This document shows, piece by piece, positions 14,401 to 28,945 of a stretch of 64,000 bases of DNA (positions are counted from its first letter, which is position 1; every line of letters starts with the position of its first letter). A program made the translations under genes and the position numbers. The notes beneath the pieces were generated by a model. The model had not been told where the DNA came from. It did no database searches and was given only the letters and a program-made list of their open reading frames with translations. Source of the DNA: Octopus sinensis (lineage: Eukaryota). The stretch lies in NCBI RefSeq assembly GCF_006345805.1, contig NC_042998.1, positions 181,784,001 to 181,848,000 of the forward strand, written 5' to 3'.

Positions 14401-15578
14401 TAAAACAAACAAATAACTAAATAATAATGATATTATTATTATTATTATTATTATTATTGTAGTAGTTGTAGTAGTAGTAGAAGTAGTAGTAATATCAAAA
14501 AATAATCATTTAATGATTGTTAAATGTAACTTTACACATTAACCTCAAACTTACTTGCACACTAGTAAAATATTTGGCTAATAAATACATTTGATTAAAA
14601 GCAGTTTTTTTTAAAACCAGGCCAAGTGAAGATATAACAGGCAGACAGACATGATCAGTGACAGCTCTATAAATATCGTCATTGTTCTTTAGCTAACGGT
14701 ATATTTTGTTTAAATATAACCAAAAGTCAATTCTCTAACACTTCACACTTCAATATTTTAGCAAAACCTATATACTTTGTTTTACTATGTTTTGTGACAA
14801 TTCTTTGATTTTATAAGTTAAATTTTTTTTTGCATGTCTAGAGATTATTATAATTTAACCTAATTTTTATTTTTATCAATTTTTTTTTCTTTTTCAAATT
14901 TTATTTACATAGTACCATTTATTACTTTTCATTGAAAACAATGTATGGGTTGTGCTTGTTTTTCTAATTTTTATCATCAGATGATCAGTTTTCAATAGTC
15001 AAAAACAACTGTCAAAAGCTATACAAATTTTATTTTATTTTATTTATTTTTTTTTTATAAAATGAGAAAAGGATTTACAATTGAATCCCTATAATTCCTT
15101 GTTGCTGAAATGAGGGCTTCTTTGTCATACGGGTTGAAAGACTTTGAGTGTACAACCAATGTATCTAATAATAATACACTTATTCTTACAATAAAAAGTA
15201 CTAAGTGTGAATCAGATATTGGTTGTAAGTCATGTCCATAAAAAAAAGAAGAAAAATTGTACAGGTCTTTCATTTTTTTTTTGTATGCATATATATATGC
15301 ATATGTATAAATATATATACACACACACACACACACAATAATTATCACATATATATAAGCACCAAACAAATTGTGTATACAAATTTATATATTATATATA
15401 TATTTTTTTTCCACCAATCCAATATGGTCCATGTTTTAGTAGTTATAATGCTTCTATAACAAATGCTATAAATATGAAAAATGTTTATTCTTTCCTTCCT
15501 TTGGGGAAATTATTTCCATTCCCCTGAAATAATGTGTTAGCATTTATGCTTGATATTTTAAACTTTTTTCTTTTTTTC

Positions 15579-15610
<32 letters not shown>

Positions 15611-17897
15611 TTTCCATCCAATTAATTAAAATGAAATTCTGTATCATGTAATCAGTGTATATAAACAGCAACGGTAGTTAGTATTCAATTGTACAGATGA
15701 ACTTTTTAAAAAAAAATGTAATAAAAAATATGTATCAAACGACATTAAAAAACAAACTGTTATGATGTTAACATTTCTGGCAATGTTATGCTCTACCACC
15801 CCATTGTATATTCATTTAAATGATTTGTCGAATTTCTTTTTAATCATCTAATGTATATTGCTATAGTTTCTGTTATTATTTCTTTCTGTTTGTTTTGTTT
15901 TGTTTTGTTTCTTTTTTAATTATTTTGTTGTACTTCCAATGCAGATTTAGACATGTCACCATCAAAGAATTCATTATCATTTTGATTTCAAATTTAGTTT
16001 AGTCCTTCTGTAGTTTCTTAAACTGAACTCTTGTTAAGCATGAAAAGCTATAATTTATTTTATCAAAAGAAGTTATATATACTTCTATTGTTAAATCAAA
16101 TGACTTTTTTTTTTCGGCTAGATGCCTTTTTTTTTTTTTTTGCTTTTATCATATCCTGCTCCATAACAATGCATTACTTTATATATACATTTATATTCAC
16201 TCATATATATTTGTATATACATGCATGTGTTTTTGTGTATGCATATATATATATTTATATTTATATATGCATACACACACAGAGACACACAAATTTTCTT
16301 TAAAATATATGTGTATATATAATTGGATTTACCTCTATTAAATGAAAATAGATAATAACAAATATGTATTAGATTTGAAACCATAAAAATTAAAAGCATA
16401 TTATTGACATACCATTGTACATGACTTGGTATTAGAAAGAATGTGATTATTGCGTTTTTGAATGAAAATAAGAAAGTTGATATAAAGAAGCCAAGTTGAA
16501 TAGACTAAGAAGCTCCAGATGAAAATAATTTCATTGAGAAATTTGTGATGTTAAAAGAAAAGAGATATTAATGATGGTAAAAAAATGGGGGAAAATGACT
16601 TTTGATGTTAATAACCTTGGTAGCAGCAGTGCAGGGGGGAATGTGGGAATGAAAATATAATGGAAAAAAGAGATCAAAAATTGATTTCTTATTTATTTAA
16701 AAAAAATATATATATATATAAAAATCATTTTGAAAATTAATTTTGTCATGAAGGAAAAGATTTCTTGTGGGGTTTTTTTTCTTTTACCTTGGACAGAAAT
16801 CTAAATGAAGAATTGTGGGGAAAAAAATTAAGAAAAAATTATTAATGTAAAAATCATTTCCTAATCCACTTACAGAAAAAAAAAAAGAAAATAAAACAAT
16901 ATTATTGTAGAGACTTAAGCTTCAGTCCAACTCTTTGACAGTAGAATTAGATTAATAAGTATTTCAATAAACCCAGCAAGATTTTTTTGTTTACATTTCA
17001 ATTTTTTGTTTGTTTGTTTGTTGTTTCCCCTTCCCACTATGTAGTCATTTTGGAAAAAAATAAGAAAAACCTTAAAAATCAAAACAAAAATAAACATTGT
17101 ATTTTGTATTTGTGCAATATTTCTTATATGTGAATTTATTGTTTGAATAATTGTTGCCATGTATTGGTGATAAAGAAACAGTTCTCTATTTTCTATTTAT
17201 GCATGGAACCTTTGAGATTTTTTTTTTTCCTTTGCTTGCTTTCACGGTGTATTCTGTTTTTGTTTTTTTTTTGTTGTTTTTGTTTTCTTGTATTGCGTTG
17301 TACTTTCTTTCATTATTCTACTGTAATATTGTTATAAATGCTGAAAAATCTTGGAATGCAAAAGTTTACAGGCTTGTTAAAAAAAGAAACTGAGGAACAT
17401 ATTCAAAATAATTTTTATAGGATTTTTTTTTAGCCACTGAAACAAATGTGTTTTACAAGTTTGTTTATTTTATGTGTATGTGTGAGTAGTGAGTCCATTT
17501 AGCAGTTTTACTATGCAATGACAGAGTACTGATTATTTACAGTGTATCACAAAAAAAAATCATTTTCTCCCTCCCCTTCATGGAGAAATTAAATATCATT
17601 ATAGATCTGATTATAGATAAAGCTATTAAGGATAACCATCTCTCTCTCACTCTCTCTGTATATATATATATATATATACGTGTGTGTGTGGGTGTACACG
17701 TCTGCTTTTCTATGCTGGTATGGGTTAGATGGGTTTTATGAGGCAGTGTTTTACAGCCAAACTAGCTTCCTGTTACTAACTTTTTATTTTAACTTTTTAC
17801 ATAACACGGGAAGATGGTGTATCTATTCAGAAACTGAGATCCACATGGTAGATCTTTGTGAAATATATATATATAGATAGATATATATAGACATATA

Positions 17898-17937
<40 letters not shown>

Positions 17938-17938
<1 letters not shown>

Positions 17939-18021
17939 TTTATTTAGAGCAGCAGAAAATTCAACAAAACCTGATACCCTGAGTTTCCCGTTGCCGTTCA
18001 TCGGACAGTTTTTGCTAGAAT
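17938..18021 (-). mobile_element. Penelope-type pLTR fragment with degenerate hammerhead-like motif
   Basis: Minus strand AAAAACTGT-CCGATGA-ACGGCAACGG-GAAA-CTCAGGG-TA-TCAGG. Homologous to 28237-28320 and abuts a (TA)n tract. Confidence 0.65.
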
Positions 18022-18301
18022 GGCAGGTTTCAGCTAGAAAGGGAACAGGGTCCAGATATAGACAAAAAAAACAAGCACAAAATAAATATTTTATTCATTA
18101 TTCTTTATTAAGAAATTCCTATAACTGATGAAAGGAAAAAGCCTGTGTTTTAGCAGACCAATTAGTGTTAATTATCGTTATGACTTAATAAATTTTGACA
18201 TTGAGACAGTAACATGTCTGAATACCCACATGTTTATACATGTGGCTTTTTCGAGAGAATGATTTGCCACACATGTCACACTGACATGGCTACTCTCATA
18301 T

Positions 18302-18356
<55 letters not shown>

Positions 18357-20019
18357 GACATATATATACACACACACATACACCCATATATATATATATA
18401 TACACACACACATACATATACACATGCATCCATATATATATACACACACACACATACATACGTACATCCATATATATAAAAATCATCATCACCTTTGTTT
18501 TATGTCCACTTTACATGCTAGTGTGTATGTATATGTGTGTGTGTGTGTCGGAGTCAAAAAGGTATATCTTCATATAAACTGTAAGTAAATGTTCTTGTAT
18601 ATTGCATTCAAACTCTGAAGTAATGTGATTAAACCCCTAAGCTTACATCTGTTCCTCTTCTTTAAAAAATAGTTTTAAATTTTAAATATTGAATATTAAA
18701 GTAACATTGCTGTGCTTTGTAGAACTGTTATCAAATAACACTTGTCTGTATCCTAGTGTTCAGAGGAACCTTTATTTTTGTCATATTGTGACAATTTAGA
18801 ATACACAACGTGGAGCTTTTATCTTTGTCTGTCTATAATGATTTTTTTACGGCATCATATGGGACAAAAGTGAGCACATACTTGATGCCATATCGGTGAA
18901 GTTGATTTGATATTGATGCTTAATCTAGATTCTGTAACAATTGAAAAGTATAAGAACAAAGAATGAATGTTTGTTCCATAGAATAGCAGCTTGTATTAGA
19001 GGATTTGGAAATTGGCTACATCAATATAATAAAAATGATATCAGCCAGATTGGAAGAATTGATTTAAGATATAAATCTCTTTCGTGACATTTCATGCAAG
19101 TTTTCAATGTAATAGAAACAGTAACTGAAACACAATCTCACAGATTTGGTGGGATTTCCTTTGATCAACTTTGGAGTCAATTTTAAACGGCAACTATATT
19201 GTTGGGTGCAGCAGACATTTATACAAAGAAACTTGGCTTGGAGGTTTTGCTCTTTATATGTATTGTATAGACAGTGGATATGAGAGTTTTGTGATAAGCA
19301 TAAACTAAGAGCAGTGCATTTATGGAACAGAAATGATAATAGCTTGATTAGATGTTTGTTATATATGAGAAATGGTTATCAGAACTGAGGGAGTTGTTAT
19401 AAAAAATCACTATTAGGTCTGAGAAAATGTTGATAAACAGCTTACCCTTGAACTACTTGACCATTTATGGGTTATAGTTTAGAGACAGACTGTTGAATGA
19501 AAGTATAATGGCCAGTTTTAATATTGAAGCTATTTTGCTGAGTTATTAAATGGCAGACATGTTACTAAAATATATAAAAAAATAATGTTGTCTAAAAAAT
19601 GTATATTTGTTTTTAAATATAAATGATAAAAAAAAAACCTGAGTATGATGAAATCATTTAATATAAGCTTTAAGATCTCTATTACTGTTTAACACCTAAA
19701 AATAGAGATTATAAATAGTCTTTAAGAGAAAGTCATTAGGAAAGAAAAAGAAGTTGAAATTTTATTTCAGACATGATCATTGAAAGAGATATTTTGCTGG
19801 AAACTCTCTGTTTGATTACCAGTTAATACATGTAACCATTTAAAACAGTTTAAATCTGGAATTAATTTTTTCTTTCCCTGGAAATTTTTGTTGCAAAATC
19901 TCGAGGTAATTTTTGTAAAAATGGCAGTATATGAATGTTAAGCTCTTTCCTAAATGGAAACCGTTCACAGATGACTGCAATTTATGTGTGTGTATGCATG
20001 TGTGCATATGTGAATATGT

Positions 20020-20283
20020 GTATGTATATAACATATATATATGTATGTATATAACTTATATATGTATGTATTTAACTTATATATATGTATATAACATATA
20101 TATATGTATGTATATAACATATATATATATATGTATATAACATATATATATATATGTATATAACATATATATATGTATGTATATAACATATATGTACGTA
20201 TATAACATATATGTATGTATATAACATATATGTATGTATATAACATATATATGTATGTATATAACATATATATGTATGTATAT

Positions 20284-20345
<62 letters not shown>
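20020..20345. repeat. TA-derived minisatellite (TATAACATATATATGTATG-like units) ending in (TA)n
   Basis: Repeated TATAACATAT core roughly every 20-28 bp, then pure (TA)n. Confidence 0.9.
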
Positions 20346-20346
<1 letters not shown>

Positions 20347-21564
20347 ACTTACACGTGTTTCAATTGCAATAGAAAATTTGATTGCAGGTGAAAACCTCAC
20401 CTGCTTTTATGTTACTTTAATAAAATGCTTCGGAAGATTCCTTACTCCACTGTGTAGGGAACTCTGTCAATAGTACTCCTGGAAGGTGTTAAAGTCACTT
20501 TTTCCCCTTTATTTGGCAGTCAATGCTCATAACTTTAATATTTAAAATTGACATTTTGAATGCAACACTTGAACACAAACTGATTATACCTATTGAATTA
20601 CATCCTGGCAAGTAAATTATTTTTCTTACTTATCACTTCAATATTTGTACGTATAAGTGGGTGTGGTGGTGGCTTTTTAAAAACAAATGTTTATATAAAG
20701 TTTAAGAATTTTTACAGTTTAGCCACACAAAAAAAATGTTGAATAAAGGATAACTTATTTAATCTTCATTGAACTCAAACCTTTTCTTTTAAGTTTCTTC
20801 ACATAGAGCTGATAACATTTGCTGGTCACAGAAACAAGCCCTCATTTATTTAGGAAACTGCACTACTTTTTATATAGTGGTCATCTTTTATAAGGGGCAT
20901 CATAATATATAAACCAATAATATTTCTTATACAAAGCAATCAACACACTCACACACACACACATATATATATATTGTTAGTAATTTGTTTTTAAATTGAT
21001 TTATTTTGTCTCAACATGAATGAATCAACAGCTGTTTAGAGTGTAGAAAGTACAAGAACTTATAATCAGCTCACGTAATGATGTATCAACCGTTCACTAT
21101 TGTGACTGTTTGAGTTACACACACTCACACACACACACTCCAAACATGAACAAAGAGAGGTCATATATCTATGTATATATATATATATGACCTAACACAC
21201 ACGCACACAGACATCCACACTTGTTTATAATAATCTTCATAATGAGTTTTGAAACATTGAATTCAAAGTGAAATTATCTATTATTTACCTTATCTTACAT
21301 AAATCTCCAAAATTTTCCAAACTATTGTAACCATTCTGAAATCAATAACAAATGTACAATTTTTATTTGTTTTTATTCCATCAGATATTTTTTATTTCTG
21401 ACCCACCCTAAACTTACTAATTTTTTCAGTTCCTGTAAAGAAAGAAAGAAAAAAAAAGCTGTAAATAGGTGTATATAGAAAGAACTATTTTCATATTCTG
21501 CATGTGGCAAGATTATACCTACACAGTGGTGCTGTTGCCAGAGCTGGGTGATTGAAGATATATT

Positions 21565-21792
21565 CAGATATATATATATATATATGTATATGTATATATG
21601 TGTGTTTATATATATATCTGTATATATATATATATATGTACATACTTATATGTATATATATATATATGTGTATATATATATATATATATACTTATATGTA
21701 TATATATATATACATATATATGTACGTGTACATACATATATATATATATATATATACTTATATGTATCTGTATATATATGTGCATATATATA

Positions 21793-21839
<47 letters not shown>

Positions 21840-21972
21840 ATACTTATATGTGTGTATGAATATATGAATATATATATATATATACATATATATATTATAT
21901 ATATATATATTTATACTTATATGTGTGTATGAATATATATATATATATATGTATGTGTATATATATATATAG

Positions 21973-22025
<53 letters not shown>

Positions 22026-22294
22026 GTACATACTTATATGTATATATACATACATATATATATGTATGTGTATATATATATAATATATATATATACTTAT
22101 ATGTATATATACATACATATATATATATGTATGTTATATATATATATATATATGTGTACATACATACTTATATGTATATATACATACATATATACATATA
22201 TATACATATGCATATGTATGTGTGTATATATATGGTGTGTGTCTATGCATGTGTATATGTATGTATATTGATAGATAGATATATAGATAGATAC

Positions 22295-22350
<56 letters not shown>
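21565..22350. repeat. Compound (TA)n/(TG)n low-complexity array with recurring TACTTATATG core
   Basis: Seen directly. It produces the spurious I/Y-rich ORFs in the track. Confidence 0.9.
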
Positions 22351-22351
<1 letters not shown>

Positions 22352-23471
22352 TCATGTGTTTGCATACACAGCTCCTGTATTTTTATGACATTTATTTCAT
22401 CTCTCATTTATGTGTCTCCCTCAATTTTTGAGCATGTCTCTATCTAATCTCTCAATATTCAATATACTCAACATTGGTTGCTAAATCTCTCTCTCTCTCT
22501 CTCTCTCTAAATCTCTCTCTCTAAATCTCTCTCTCTCTTCTCTCTCTCTCTCTTTGTTTCCTATTCCTTAGAGCATCAGACTGAATACTTTGCAGTATTT
22601 ATTCCAGTTCTCTGCACTCTGTGTTCAAATCCTGTCAAAGCCCTATTTTCCCTTACATTGTTTCAGAGTGTTGGTAAATAAAGTGGCATTTCAGGGTGCC
22701 GGATTGACAAAATTGTTAGAGTCCTAAACCAGATGTTGTTAGCACTAGTTGGCTTGGAATGTTGCTCACAAATATCTTATACATACTGAAGTTCATATTT
22801 ACGCAGAAACACACAAAAAAAACCCAGCTATTTATGTGTAAACATGCATACATGATTAATAGTATAGTTCTTTTAGACAGTTAAAACAAAAATTAAAAAA
22901 AGGAACAGAAAGACTACAAGAATAGCAACTACAACAAAAATATAACACACCAGAGCCAAACACAAGGAAACCCTCACCTAGACTTGGTCTCCAACTTAGA
23001 TATACAAAAGCTCACATATAAACACATGCACATGTGTGCACAGACACATGTATACAATATAAATAACAGAAGATTAGGTAAATTTACAATTAGACTCTTA
23101 AGTTATGAACACAAAGCAAGGAGAAAGTGAATGGTAGGATGTAGGAGGTGCATGAGGGACACATCTTTAATAAAGTCACAGGTTGTGATGAAACAACTCT
23201 GACAAACCAGCCATCAATTAATTAATATCAACTGACACTAAAATTGAAATACAACTCATATTTTGTATGTGTGCATATATATAAATGGCGGTGCCCCAGC
23301 ATGGCCACAGCTCGTGAGCTGAAACTAGATGAAATTTAAAAAATTTTTTTTAAATATGCACGTGATCACGTGACCGACCAGACCATCAGATGTTGCTACA
23401 CATCACTGGTCACAATGCGTTCGCATTGTTTTAGCCTTCAAATGACGCCACCCCACTGGCTAAGTGAGCAG

Positions 23472-23512
<41 letters not shown>

Positions 23513-26281
23513 TAGTCCTTAAACTAATGTATTAAAGAAATTCATTTTAAATCCTAATATGCATTCCTGAAATTTCGTATATTATTCTAATGCGCTCACC
23601 AAAACATGCTTTTATATGTAGAAATATTGATAAGCTCAAATTTTCTTCTCTACAGCATTCATAATATGGTACAGTGGGTAATGCTTAGAAGTGAAAGGGT
23701 AGGCTCGTGGATGATGCTATGGAAGCAAGAGGAGGAGTGACATCAGGTGATAAACTTGGTGACTTGAGAGGCCTCTCTTTTGCATGGATAGTCAATAAGA
23801 ATTAATGTACATACAGTCATCTGGTGTTCTAGTTACTGGCCAGCAGATAGAATGGAGAGTGTCTTTGAGCTGCACAGCAAGTTCTAATCAGCAATTGTTG
23901 AATTCCTCTTGGAATGATTTGCCAAGTCAACTTCATTGTCTTTTACACTTCACATAGAATATGACCATTAACCTAATGCAAAATGGTACCAGATTTAAGT
24001 GATTTTCAATAAACATCATTTATACCATGTGTATCATCCATAGGTAACAATAAAAAATTTGAAATTTCAATTATAACAATAACCTACAATATTTACTATG
24101 ACAAATTATAAAATAAATTTCTATATGCTTTAATATATAATTGTGTATGAAAATGAATTGTTACTATTGTTAACTCTGACAAAATAAATGGTCTTATATT
24201 AAAAACTGTTCTTTTATTAGCATTTACTGTAAAACATATATTACACTATGTTCTATCACACGTCAAGCTAGAATTGTGTTTTAAAATGGGGGTGGGGTTA
24301 TCTTTCTGTAGTTACTAATTGAGTTAGCTTTGTCTGCCAAAATTCTTTAAGTAAAAGAAATGATCTACTAAGAATGATTGATAAAAAATTATATAAGCAA
24401 CCAATGTTAGCTAGAGTTAAGTTAAAGATTGTGAGGTTTAGGTTGAAAACTAGAGATGTGGCAGCCTTGTATAGAAGTGAAAAAAAAAAGGTTTGTTGAC
24501 TGAAGGATATAGACAATTTTTATTTTAACAGTTGTAAACTCTAATTGATCAAAAGCATTCCAGATATGGCCATCTTAGGACTGCATTATCCAATGTATCC
24601 TTTCATTTTCAAGATGGTATGATGTGATTTGAAGGAAACTTGATTGCTATTTCTAACAGACTGAGCAGTTGGTTAGGGGCACCTTTGTTGGTTCAACAGA
24701 TTTAAGGGCCAATACTGACGTAAACTGTAGGAACATTTCGTAACTCAAGTTCCATTAACAGTTGGGGATGACTGATGGTTATTGCAAGTAGTTTTTCTCA
24801 TCAGGTCTGCTCAAGTGCAGTCTATTAGAATAGATTGTCCTGACTATTATCTCCACGTACCTATTTTACTTCTTTAAGTTCTGGTTTATTAGTTAATCAA
24901 TATGCACAAATGGAGAGAGATTGCATTAGTGAAGCCTCAGTTCTATATTCAGAAGTTTTAAGTGTTTGTGCGATTGCTAAAGTTGTATCCTTAAACAAGC
25001 AGCTTAACTTTTTTCCTCTATCAAAAGATTAGACATGAAGTTGATTTACAAAGGGGTGGTCTCCAATTTCTAGGTTGAAGTGATGGGTTTTTTTTCCAAT
25101 GTTTTCTCTTGATCTAAAACAGTAAATAAAAATATTTCTATCATTTCGCTGAAATTTCTTTTAATTCAGTATTTATTTAAGTAACCATTTTCTGAAGAAT
25201 TTTCATTCTCAGAGACCTCTGAAACACTTCATTTGTTTCCATTCAAAGGCAAATTCTGGTTTATTTGGGTACCTTTTGTGGATTCCATTCCAGTGCAATC
25301 TTTTGGACCAGATCTGAAGCATCAAGTCACTAAAACCTTGCATAAAAGGTCACAGATGCTACCATTTCTCCTCTGATTAAACCATAAAATAATGCTTAAC
25401 CATAAAACCTACACAAAAATGGTCTTATTTATAAACAAGTTTTCATGGACCTAGTAGTCTATAGCTGTTACAGCTAGTAACTTTTCTCTAAGAATAACTT
25501 GATCAGTTTAAAAATAAGATAGTTGCTAAATATTTACTAATTTACTTTGTCCTTTTATTTATCACTGAAGTGCCACATCGTGCCAAAACTAAATTCTTGT
25601 TTTCTTCAATAAAATGTTAGAACTGGATACATTTATTCAAAGTGAAATGTCATATGACAATTAAACTGAATGCAATTTTATTCATAACTGAAGTACAATA
25701 AAATGATGCAGTGTTATTCTGAAGTGCTAGATTTGAACAAAGTGTCATACAGTGCTAAAACTAAAGTTTTAATTGGGGCTAAAATTGAACTTGGTTTCAT
25801 TGATCACTGAAACATTTCAACTAGTTGAAACATATCATTCTTCATGGATATGAAAACCTAACTGTTCAAGCTAATAAAATACTGATTATGATAGTGAATT
25901 AGTTTTCTCTTTATCGACTGAAAGTTTAGTATCTTTGCCTCAGACACTGTATAACTGATGACTGAATACAAATTGGTTGGCGACCTACACACAACACCTG
26001 TGACTCGTTCAATAACCTATATTTCTTGATTCTGATCCATTTTCACACGTAAAAACTATATTGCCACTTGCTAATTTTGCTGGAGTTACGTTTCGTAGCT
26101 TCAAAGGTATACATTGAAAGTAACTCAAGACTGCTTTTTTCACTTGACTTTGCTTGTTAATTTTAATGATGTTTTAAAGACACCTTTTTCTTAAATGTCA
26201 GCATCTGTCTGGCACCACAGGTGACAGATTGATATTCTCTAGTTTGATATACAATTTTCTACTAGTTTTAAACTTAGTTAA

Positions 26282-26497
26282 CCCTTTAGCATTAAGATTA
26301 CTCTGTGAAATGTAATGCTTATTTATACATTGTTTTAAATTAATCGTGCATTTTCTCATAGCTTTGAAATTTCAATAACATGATTGTTTATTTATGGGAT
26401 GACAGTGTAGGGTTGATGTGAGAGGCCAGATCTGGCTAGTTTAAATATAAATCATACAATATTTGCACTGGATATCTTTGGTTTAAATGCTATAAGG
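26282..26497 (+). mobile_element. piggyBac-type MITE (family with CCCTTTAGCATT ends)
   Basis: TTAA|CCCTTTAGCATT...AATGCTATAAGG|TTAA. Same family as 52176, 55471 and 57098. Confidence 0.75.
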
Positions 26498-27470
26498 TTA
26501 AATTCATAATGAGTTTATGCTTAAAAATTGTAGTGAAAATGGTAGTAACATGAACTTCCAATTTTCTGCTTACATCCATCTCATTTCACTTCGTTCCTAA
26601 TACTCTTTGGAAAAGCAGGAACATTAACTACATCAAATTACCCACTTTCTTATAACTCTGAAGCCTAGTACCTTTTTGAGAAATCATAATTATTTATGTT
26701 AGAAGTAATCTCAGCATTTATTATACAATATTGTACAAGAAGTAGTAGCCTCAGTCTTGTTGATTTAGCATTGGATTTTCTTCCATAAAGCAACAGATTG
26801 CGTTTTGATACAATCTATGAGAGGGGGAGTTCTGATAATTAAACCATACTGACTTTAAGAAAAACACAATTTCTACATCATCATGCATACACATATGTTC
26901 ATAAGCATTTACACACATACACATTCATGCTCTTATTTTTTTATGGTCTTTTTATGTTTTTGGAAATTTAGCAACAATGTTGATTATGTAATGAGAGATT
27001 AATATTTCTTATCTTTTTTTTTTTGTTTACTTATGAAACCAGTTTACTCTTTAGTACAACCTGTTTTATTTTCATTTTACTTCTACTTTATTATATCTTT
27101 CTATTCAACAATGACACATGCAGAGGGCTGTCCATAATTGGTTTAATATTTAAAATTTTTTTTTTTATATTTTTTTTTTAATCAGTTTACTGAAGTGCAG
27201 CAAATTTCAATGTTTGAAATTATGGTCCTTTTTTTTTCTGTTTTTAATCAGTTTTCTTTTTAGAGAAGCATCGGTTCTCCTTACTAAGGTTAACTTTTTG
27301 TACTCTGAGCTCTTGAAGCTGCACAGCATAAATCGCGGACAGATGACTTTTTCTTTCTCTTAAAGGTGTTATGAGATATTACTGAATAAAATATTGTTAA
27401 CCAAAACTGAAGTTTTTCTTTTATTTTTTCATTGATTAGAAATTGTTTTTCTATTAGAGCCAGTCAATCA

Positions 27471-27945
27471 ATCATCATCGTTTAACGTCCGCTTTCCATG
27501 CTAGCATGGGTTGGACGATTTTGACTGAGGGCTGGCGAGCCAGATGGCTGCACCAGGCTCCAATCTTGATCTGGCAGAATTTCTACAGCTGGATGCCCTT
27601 CCTAACGCCAACCACTACGAGAGTGTGGTGGGTGCTTTTTACGTGCCACCAGCATGGAGGGCCAGTCAGGCAGTACTGGCAATGACCTCGCTCGAATCTT
27701 TTTTTATGCGTGCCACCAGCACAGGTGCCAGTGAAGCAACATTGGTAATGATCACGCTCAAACGGTGCCCTTGTACGTGCCATGGGTACGGAAGCCAGTT
27801 GGCTGCTCTAGCAACGATTACACCCGGATGGTGCTCTTAGCACCCTACTAGCACAGGCATGAGTGCCAGAGTGCCAGTAAAGCGACGCTGGTAACGATCA
27901 CACTAGTATGGTGCTCTTTGCACCCCACTAGCACAGATGCCAGTC
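27471..27945 (-). mobile_element. SINE/LINE-tail repeat ending in (GAT)n (RTE-type tail)
   Basis: CATCATCGTTTAACGTCCGCTTTCCATGCTAGCATGGGTTGGACG. Recurs at 47165, 52741, 56125, 59535 and 61848. Confidence 0.8.
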
Positions 27946-28236
27946 ATCGAATTGATTTTGATTTGATTTTGATATATATATATGTATGTATGTGTGTGTG
28001 TGTATATATATATGTGTGTGTGTGTATGTATATATATATATATATATATGCATGTGTGTGTATATATATTCAATTCAATTTTTATTGGCTCAAAAAGCAA
28101 AAGCAAGGCCATGTAGGGGGACAGGGAGTCATGTACAGGGAGGATGGTCATACAAAGAGTTCAGGGCATTTCTGGTCAAGAGAAACTTTGAACCAAGTGG
28201 TTGTCGGCATCTTCACTACATATATATATATATATA

Positions 28237-28472
28237 CTTTATTTTAAGCAGCAGAAAATTCAACAAAATCTGTTACTCTGAGTTTCTCGTTGCCGTTCAT
28301 CAGACAGTTTTTGCTAGAATGCAAAAAAAACTGTCTGCTGAACGGCAACGAGAAACTCAGAGTAACAGATTTTGTTGAATTTTCTGCTGCTTAAAATAAA
28401 GCATATTACTCTACCACTGGTATTTGAGTACTCTTGTTTCCACCTTGTTTCACATTTATGTGTTTACTCCGG
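28237..28472. mobile_element. Inverted pair of Penelope-type pLTR segments, each with a hammerhead-like motif
   Basis: Arms 28237-28314 and 28321-28401 are reverse complements around a TAGAAT spacer. The right arm continues to 28472. (TA)n on both sides. Confidence 0.75.
28264..28313 (-). ncRNA. Minimal type I hammerhead-like ribozyme motif (core intact)
   Basis: AAAACTGT-CTGATGA-ACGGCAACGA-GAAA-CTC-A-GAG-TA-ACAGATTT. Stem I CUGU/ACAG, stem II CG-GCAA-CG, stem III CUC/GAG, GUA triplet. The 10.1-11.1 closure is non-canonical. Confidence 0.55.
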
Positions 28473-28625
28473 TATATATATATATGTATGTATGTATACA
28501 TATATACATGCATTTTTATATCTATATTTACATACATATATATATATATATATGTACATATATATATATATATATATATCACAGCTGCATCCTTGTTACA
28601 TGAGAAAAGCCATTGCCAAGAAGAC

Positions 28626-28945
28626 TTACTGAAATGATTCATGATTGTTGCCACGTGATGCCCTTATGTGACTTTTAAGCCCGGCCAAGCTTTTACACAT
28701 TTTATTACATACTAGACAACTGTGCTGGCTGGCAGGAGAAACAGGTGCCACCATATGCACTCTCTTAACATGTCTTTTTAGACTTCCAACTGAGAGGCAC
28801 ACCCTTCCACATTTTGCACACGTTCTGTTATGAATTTTAATAGCCACATCATTGTTTATCATGGGTTGATTTCTGTGAGAATTTTGGTGGCTCACCAGGC
28901 CTGCACAACTCAAACACCCCGCCACAAACCACACACATAAAAAGC
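28626..28945 (-). pseudogene. LINE ORF2 C-terminus with three tandem C2H2 zinc fingers
   Basis: CAKCGRVCLSVGSLKRHVKRVH and CLVCNKMCKSLAGLKSHIRA are in frame. The first finger YVC..C...CLSCAGLVSHQNSH is split by a frameshift near 28920. Confidence 0.8.

Noticed and set aside
19840-22355. Many I/Y/C/V-rich ORFs in the track (also at 1.2-2.9, 15-18, 28 and 42.6 kb)
   Set aside because: Translations of (TA)n/(TG)n microsatellites.
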